From a bacterium (GTDB lineage Bacteria > Planctomycetota > UBA1135 > UBA2386), in NCBI GenBank assembly GCA_024743115.1, contig JANSXC010000007.1, positions 59,771 through 123,770 on the forward strand: a stretch of 64,000 bases of DNA. Direction: 5' to 3'. A program made the translations under genes and the position numbers. This document shows positions 59,305 to 64,000 of the stretch, in pieces. Under the pieces are notes generated by a model that was given only the letters and a program-made list of their open reading frames with translations, had not been told where the DNA came from and searched no databases. Each line of letters opens with the position of its first letter. Within the stretch, counting starts at the first letter, position 1.

Positions 59305-61107
59305 TCAGTAGCTGCTGCGGTGCAGATCCCACATGCGACCGGTCCACGGCGCCCACTGGCGGGTCCAACCCTGCGGTTCGGTCACCGCGAAGCGGTCCAT
59401 GTAGTCGAACAGCGCCGGATGGTTCCACTCCTGCACGAGCCCCATCACATGCACACAGAGCACGCCGCCGATCCACGCGTTCGCCGTGCAACAACGGCGG
59501 TAGGGATCGTGCCCCCAGGAATGGTTGTCGGCCTGCGGGCGGTGCACGTGCGAGAACCCGAACTCCGGCAGCCCGACGTGCTGGCGGGAGTAGCCACCAT
59601 GACCCCAGTTGAAGACGTTGGGCGCGGTCTCCTGGACGTAGAACGTCTGGGCGTCCTCGCCGAAGTGGACCTCGTAGGTGCCGTCGAGGTTGCGAAACGT
59701 GCGGTGGGTCTGCCCGACCCCGAGCATGGCCGAATCCTGCAGCAGCCGACCCGCGAACAGGATCGGCCACTTGCGGCCCGAACCGTGCCCGCCGACGCCT
59801 TCCCAGTAGCCGCCAGCCTGGACGTTGCCCCAGAAATCGAGGCCGATCTGCACGAGCCGGATCACCAGCAACTCCCGGTCCTGCTGCGGCAGCGCCAGGT
59901 TGCAGAGCAGCGACGCCTGGTTGTAGGCCGCCGCGAAGTCGCGACCGTAATCGGGCATGTTGTCGGCCGGATGCATCAGGCGGCTCGGCCAGCCGGGACA
60001 GTGGTCGAGCCACGGCCGCTCGAACTGCATGGCCTCGGTCGCGAGGACCGGCATGTTCGCCGCCGGCTGCAACGCCGAGAGCGCGCTCCAGTCGAGCATC
60101 GACACGTCGAACCGCACGGTGTGATCATCGCCCGCGTACGGCGGACGGAACGACTGATGGTTCGGAACGGTCGGCACGCAGGTCAGGACCGCACACGTCT
60201 TCAGATCGGGAATGACGTTCGGGTCCGTGTTGCTGATCGCCTTGATCAGGCTCTGGTCGGGCCGCAACTGCAGTGGGTTGCTCGCGGACACGCCCAGCGC
60301 GACGTTGAGCGACGGCAGGTAGTGATGGACGTTGCCGGGGCCATACATCGCACTGTCGTAGCCCTGGTCCTTCGAATCCGCCGCCGGGTTGATCATCGCA
60401 CCGTGCAGCACCCGACCACCCTGCGTGGTGCATGGCGGCGACATACCGATCACGTCGACGGGGCCGACGACGAACCAGTCGCCGTTGACGAAACGCCCGG
60501 CCTCCACCGGGTTCGCGAACTGGAACGTGACGCCGAACTGCGTGATCGAGTTCACGTACCGCGTCGGCGCGGGCGCGGGCCCGATCCGTGCCTCGAGCGC
60601 GTGCGTCCACGACAGCCCCGCAGCATTCGCCGTGCTGTCGTGAAACACCGCCTGCAGGCCGAGATGGCGGCCGAGAATCACCGTCGACATCGGCACACCG
60701 ATGCCCGTGACCTGGCGACCGCCGCCGGTCGCGAAGCCGATCGGCGCCTGCGGCGCGACGAGCAGCTCGCAGCCCGGCATGCCGTGACCCGAGAGGTCGA
60801 ACGGCAGCGGCGTGCTCTGCCAATACTCCGTCGACCAGCCGGTCCAGAGCGTGGCGACCGTTTGCGGCAGCAGCCCGTTCAGCGTCAGATTGGCGCTGCC
60901 GCCGAGCCGCAGTCCGCGGTCGAGCTCGAGCGCCGACAACTGACCGTGCACTCCGCAACCCGATCCCAGTTCGACCACCCCGGCCGGAAGATGAGAGCGT
61001 TCCTGCGCGCCTGCCCCACCGGCAAGCAGCAATCCCGTCAGCAAGAGCCCCGTGCCGGGCAAAGCTGCGAGAGCGAAACGAATCGATAGCATGGAGGATT
61101 GGCGCAT
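59305..61107 (-). CDS. Secreted hypothetical protein (600 aa): N-terminal two-cysteine module plus Trp/His/Cys-rich C-terminal domain
   Basis: Signal peptide region MRQSSMLSIRFALAALPGTGLLLTGLLLAGGAGAQ (alternative ATG at 61092). Non-shadow composition rich in W, H, Y, N and Q. Confidence 0.75.
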   Translation of the reverse strand: MRQSSMLSIRFALAALPGTGLLLTGLLLAGGAGAQERSHLPAGVVELGSGCGVHGQLSALELDRGLRLGGSANLTLNGLLPQTVATLWTGWSTEYWQSTPLPFDLSGHGMPGCELLVAPQAPIGFATGGGRQVTGIGVPMSTVILGRHLGLQAVFHDSTANAAGLSWTHALEARIGPAPAPTRYVNSITQFGVTFQFANPVEAGRFVNGDWFVVGPVDVIGMSPPCTTQGGRVLHGAMINPAADSKDQGYDSAMYGPGNVHHYLPSLNVALGVSASNPLQLRPDQSLIKAISNTDPNVIPDLKTCAVLTCVPTVPNHQSFRPPYAGDDHTVRFDVSMLDWSALSALQPAANMPVLATEAMQFERPWLDHCPGWPSRLMHPADNMPDYGRDFAAAYNQASLLCNLALPQQDRELLVIRLVQIGLDFWGNVQAGGYWEGVGGHGSGRKWPILFAGRLLQDSAMLGVGQTHRTFRNLDGTYEVHFGEDAQTFYVQETAPNVFNWGHGGYSRQHVGLPEFGFSHVHRPQADNHSWGHDPYRRCCTANAWIGGVLCVHVMGLVQEWNHPALFDYMDRFAVTEPQGWTRQWAPWTGRMWDLHRSSY

Positions 61108-61368
61108 CTTTCCGCGCCTCTACGCAGGCCTCCCAGACACCGGCTTCGCTATTCAGTGGATTCCCTGAAACGCCGACGCCATCGCGAGGTTCGCGGCGAC
61201 CGCGAACGAGATACGAGAATGGGAAGAACTCGGCCGCCGAACCGTCGAAGAGATCCAACAACGGCACTCCCTCGCCGCTCAGGCCGTATCGTCGGCCGCT
61301 ACTGTGACCCTTCCGATGCCGCGGTTCATCGCAATGACAATGCTGTCGACCAGAAACACGAGGACCTC

Positions 61369-63474
61369 GTGACCGGTCGCGCTGCGCTCGCGATGACGTT
61401 GGCAGCGATGGCCGTCGTGGTGACCGGCCTGCTGCTCTGGCTCGGCGGTGAGGATCCGGCGACGCCGCCGACGCCGATTCCCGCCGAGCAACCGGAGGAC
61501 AACCCGACCGCGACGCCGACGACACGACCAGGCGGCGACGCGAAGCCAGCAGCGACCGCGCCCGACGCGCCGACCGGCCTCGACCGCGAACCCGCGATCC
61601 CGCCACAGGACACCCCCCCGGCCATGCGCCGCGCGGACTACCCGCAGGGCCTCGAGGGCCGCGTGCTCGACCGCCATTCCCAAGCCGTTCCCGGCGTCGA
61701 CGTGTACCTCGTCGAGAGTCCCAAGAACGACCCGTTGGCGCTGCCGTCGATGCGCGCGCAGGGTTTGCTCATGGGGCCGGTCGCCACCACCCGCACAGCC
61801 GCGGACGGCGCGTTCGCGATCGGCCTCGCGCTACCGACCGACAAGCTCTACGAACTGCGCTTCCTGGCCCCCGGCTGGGCCGACGCGCGGGTCGCCGACC
61901 TCCGCATCCTGCCATCGGAATGGCACGACGTCGGCCGCGTCACGCTCCGCCGCGGCACGACGCTGACCGGTCAGGTCACGATCGCCGGCACCGCGATGCC
62001 GGTGCGTGGCGCGGTCGTCACGGTCGCCGCACCGACGTCGTTCGACGATGCGGTGCTCGCGGCGATCCCCGGGCGCGAGCACGGCCTGCACGCAGTCACC
62101 GGGGCCGACGGCTCCTATCGACTCGAGCACGCCCCCGAGAACGCGGTCGTCACGGTCAGCGCGACTGCCCCCGGCTTCGCGCGCGTGATCAAGCCCGAGA
62201 TCGACCTGTCCAAGAGCCGATCGGTCGAGGTGCACTTCGCACTGCCGCCAGGGGTCTCGATCGCAGGTCGCGTGCTCGACGATCGCGGCGCCGCCGTTCC
62301 CGGCGCGCGCATCGAGGCCTGGGCCAAGGCCAGTTCGACGCCGCCCTGCGCCACCACCAGTCGGGCCGATGGCGCGTTCGAGATCGACGGTCTGCGTGCC
62401 GAACCCCACCGCGTCCGCGTGCTGAGTCGGACCCATCAGGGTCTCGAGGTCGACGATGTCGCGGCCGGCGAACGCGAACTCGAACTGCGGCTGCAGCCGC
62501 GCGCCACGGTGCGGGTACGGGCACTCGGCGACGACCAGGTGCTGCGATCCTTCCGCCTCGGTCTACGCCGGTACCACGCCGCGCGCACCACCGCGGCCAC
62601 CGGCGATGCGGCGCCGCGGCCGGCGCCACTGGGGCAGATCGGGCGGGTCCGGGATCTGCCCGATCGCCGGGCGCGCCTCGTCGCGGGTAACGACCGGTTC
62701 GAGATCCGCGGCGTGCCGCCGGGAGAGTACGTCGCCCAGGTGATGGCGCCGGGATTCGCGAAGACCGTGTCCGAACCGTTCACCGTCGAACCGACGAGCG
62801 GCGCGATCGACGTCGACGTGCAGCTGACGCGCGGCGCCACGCTGCGCGGCCGCGTGGTCGACGCGAACGGCGTGCCGCTCGCCGGCGCGACGGTCGCAAC
62901 GCAGGCCGACGGCGCGCGTCCCGACAATCCGTTCTATCGCCTGATCGCCCCGGCCGCGCCCGACCGGATCACGGCGCGCACCGCGACGACGGGCCCAGGC
63001 GGCACGTTCGAGTTCCGCCACCTCGCGTTCGGCGACTACCAGCTCGAGATCAAACATCAGCAGGCCTGCCGCGAGTTCGCCGAGCACCTTTACCTGCGCA
63101 CCTCGGAACCGCTCGAACTCGGCGACGTCCGGCTGCGAGCCGGCGCGCTGGTGTTCGGCCGTGCCACCACGAACGGTCGCACGACCGGTCAGGTCAAGAT
63201 CGTCCTCACGACCTACGTCGATCGCACGGCCAAGACCCAACCCACCGATGCGCTGCGGCTCGAGACCGTCACCGACAGCACCGGCGCGTTTACGCTGCCG
63301 CGGCGGGTGCCGCCGGGCGAGTACGAACTGCGCGCAGCCGCAATCGACGCTTCCAATCCCGACGGCCAGGTCTTCCAGCACATGTTGCAGATGGCCCGGT
63401 CGGCCACCCGGTTGACCATCCGCCCCGGCCAGCGCGCCGCCGAACAACACCTCAACATCGCCTCCGACGGCTGA
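61369..63474 (+). CDS. N-terminally anchored CarboxypepD_reg-like repeat protein
   Basis: GTG 61369 (VTGRAALAMTLAAMAVVVTGLLLWLGG), with an alternative ATG at 61393. A Pro/Thr-rich linker is followed by repeats such as LEGRVLDRHSQAVPGVDVYLV and GRVVDANGVPLAGATVAT...TGPGGTFEF. The track start at 61099 is in Arg-rich shadow sequence. Confidence 0.75.
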   Translation: MTGRAALAMTLAAMAVVVTGLLLWLGGEDPATPPTPIPAEQPEDNPTATPTTRPGGDAKPAATAPDAPTGLDREPAIPPQDTPPAMRRADYPQGLEGRVLDRHSQAVPGVDVYLVESPKNDPLALPSMRAQGLLMGPVATTRTAADGAFAIGLALPTDKLYELRFLAPGWADARVADLRILPSEWHDVGRVTLRRGTTLTGQVTIAGTAMPVRGAVVTVAAPTSFDDAVLAAIPGREHGLHAVTGADGSYRLEHAPENAVVTVSATAPGFARVIKPEIDLSKSRSVEVHFALPPGVSIAGRVLDDRGAAVPGARIEAWAKASSTPPCATTSRADGAFEIDGLRAEPHRVRVLSRTHQGLEVDDVAAGERELELRLQPRATVRVRALGDDQVLRSFRLGLRRYHAARTTAATGDAAPRPAPLGQIGRVRDLPDRRARLVAGNDRFEIRGVPPGEYVAQVMAPGFAKTVSEPFTVEPTSGAIDVDVQLTRGATLRGRVVDANGVPLAGATVATQADGARPDNPFYRLIAPAAPDRITARTATTGPGGTFEFRHLAFGDYQLEIKHQQACREFAEHLYLRTSEPLELGDVRLRAGALVFGRATTNGRTTGQVKIVLTTYVDRTAKTQPTDALRLETVTDSTGAFTLPRRVPPGEYELRAAAIDASNPDGQVFQHMLQMARSATRLTIRPGQRAAEQHLNIASDG

Positions 63475-63481
63475 TCGATTC

Positions 63482-64000
63482 GTGCCTTCCCACCTTCGCA
63501 TTCTCGCTCTTCTGCTGCTCGTCGTAGCAGCCGCCCTGCTCGGTTACTGGTTCCTCGGCGGCGGCGGCGATTCCGTGACCCCGAACGGCACCGCACCCGA
63601 GCGCCAGAGCGCGTCGACGCCGAGCGGCCAAGCGAACGAAGAACCGGCCCCGGTCACGCCCGCGTCGACACCCCCCGGGCAAGGTGAGGGCAACGAACCG
63701 CCGCCGCCCGAGTCGCGCGAACGCGTCAGCGTCGACAACAGCCAGACGGATGCGCCGCAGGGCATCAAGGGCCGCGTGCTCGGTCCCAATGGCGACCCGG
63801 CCGGCGATGTGCCGGTCTTCCTGATGCCGAACATGATCGACGACCCGATCAAGGTCTTCCTGACCCGACGAGCCGGTCGCGTCACGCCCCCCGTCGCCTC
63901 GGGGGTCACGGCTGCCGACGGCACGTTCGCGCTCGGGGCGCACGAACCCGGCAAGACCTACGACCTGCGCGTGGTCAGTGAACTGCATCCGCAGCTCGTG
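63482..64000 (+). CDS. Paralogue of the preceding gene (N-terminal TM anchor, Pro-rich linker, CarboxypepD_reg-like repeat). The 3' end lies outside the window.
   Basis: This gene is not in the ORF track because it has no stop in the window. My translation from GTG 63482 is VPSHLRILALLLLVVAAALLGYWFLGGGGDSVTPNGTAPERQ...GIKGRVLGPNGDPAGDVPVFLMPN...TAADGTFALGAHEPGKTYDLRVV. It has the same architecture as 61369..63474 and starts 7 nt after that gene's stop. Confidence 0.7.
   Translation, partial: MPSHLRILALLLLVVAAALLGYWFLGGGGDSVTPNGTAPERQSASTPSGQANEEPAPVTPASTPPGQGEGNEPPPPESRERVSVDNSQTDAPQGIKGRVLGPNGDPAGDVPVFLMPNMIDDPIKVFLTRRAGRVTPPVASGVTAADGTFALGAHEPGKTYDLRVVSELHPQLV

Overview
This is a 64-kb, visibly very GC-rich (about 70% by eye, not computed), gene-dense bacterial chromosomal segment. 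I support about 48 CDS on both strands. I saw no rRNA, convincing tRNA, transposase, integrase, phage gene or CRISPR array. Because of the GC content, the six-frame track is full of long Arg/Ala/Pro/Gly-rich shadow ORFs. I kept only frames with protein-like composition and recognisable motifs, and I re-set many starts, several to GTG/TTG or to 4-nt ATGA/GTGA stop-start overlaps.

Content falls into three groups:
1. An unusual density of secreted or membrane-tethered beta-sandwich proteins. Six are CarboxypepD_reg-like repeat proteins, and there is also a giant Ig-repeat protein with an embedded lipase-like domain, a Kelch propeller, an NPCBM protein, a vWA protein and three orphan secreted proteins.
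2. Housekeeping genes: groEL-groES-groEL-dnaJ-grpE, efp, fbp, lpxB, trkA, trpG/pabA, galM, cytochrome c peroxidase, a DUF4212 + sodium:solute symporter pair, an ABC transporter, a polyprenol-phosphate mannose synthase and larC.
3. Small operon-like modules of unclear role.

I found no textbook defence or mobile system. The most interesting candidates are:
- A co-directional block encoding a beta-sandwich repeat protein, a membrane-tethered 12-haem cytochrome c and a TPR-sensor Hanks kinase.
- A recurrent, unnamed two-cysteine module of about 130 aa shared by three secreted proteins.
- A CBS-pair protein fused to a histone-H1-like Lys/Ala tail.
- An EF-P lacking the modifiable Lys/Arg loop tip.
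- A TAT-exported TIM-barrel / aminotransferase / sulfotransferase operon.

The gene content is reminiscent of Planctomycetota/PVC-like or similar high-GC environmental lineages, but taxonomy cannot be established from this window alone. All novelty statements are unverified because no database search was possible.
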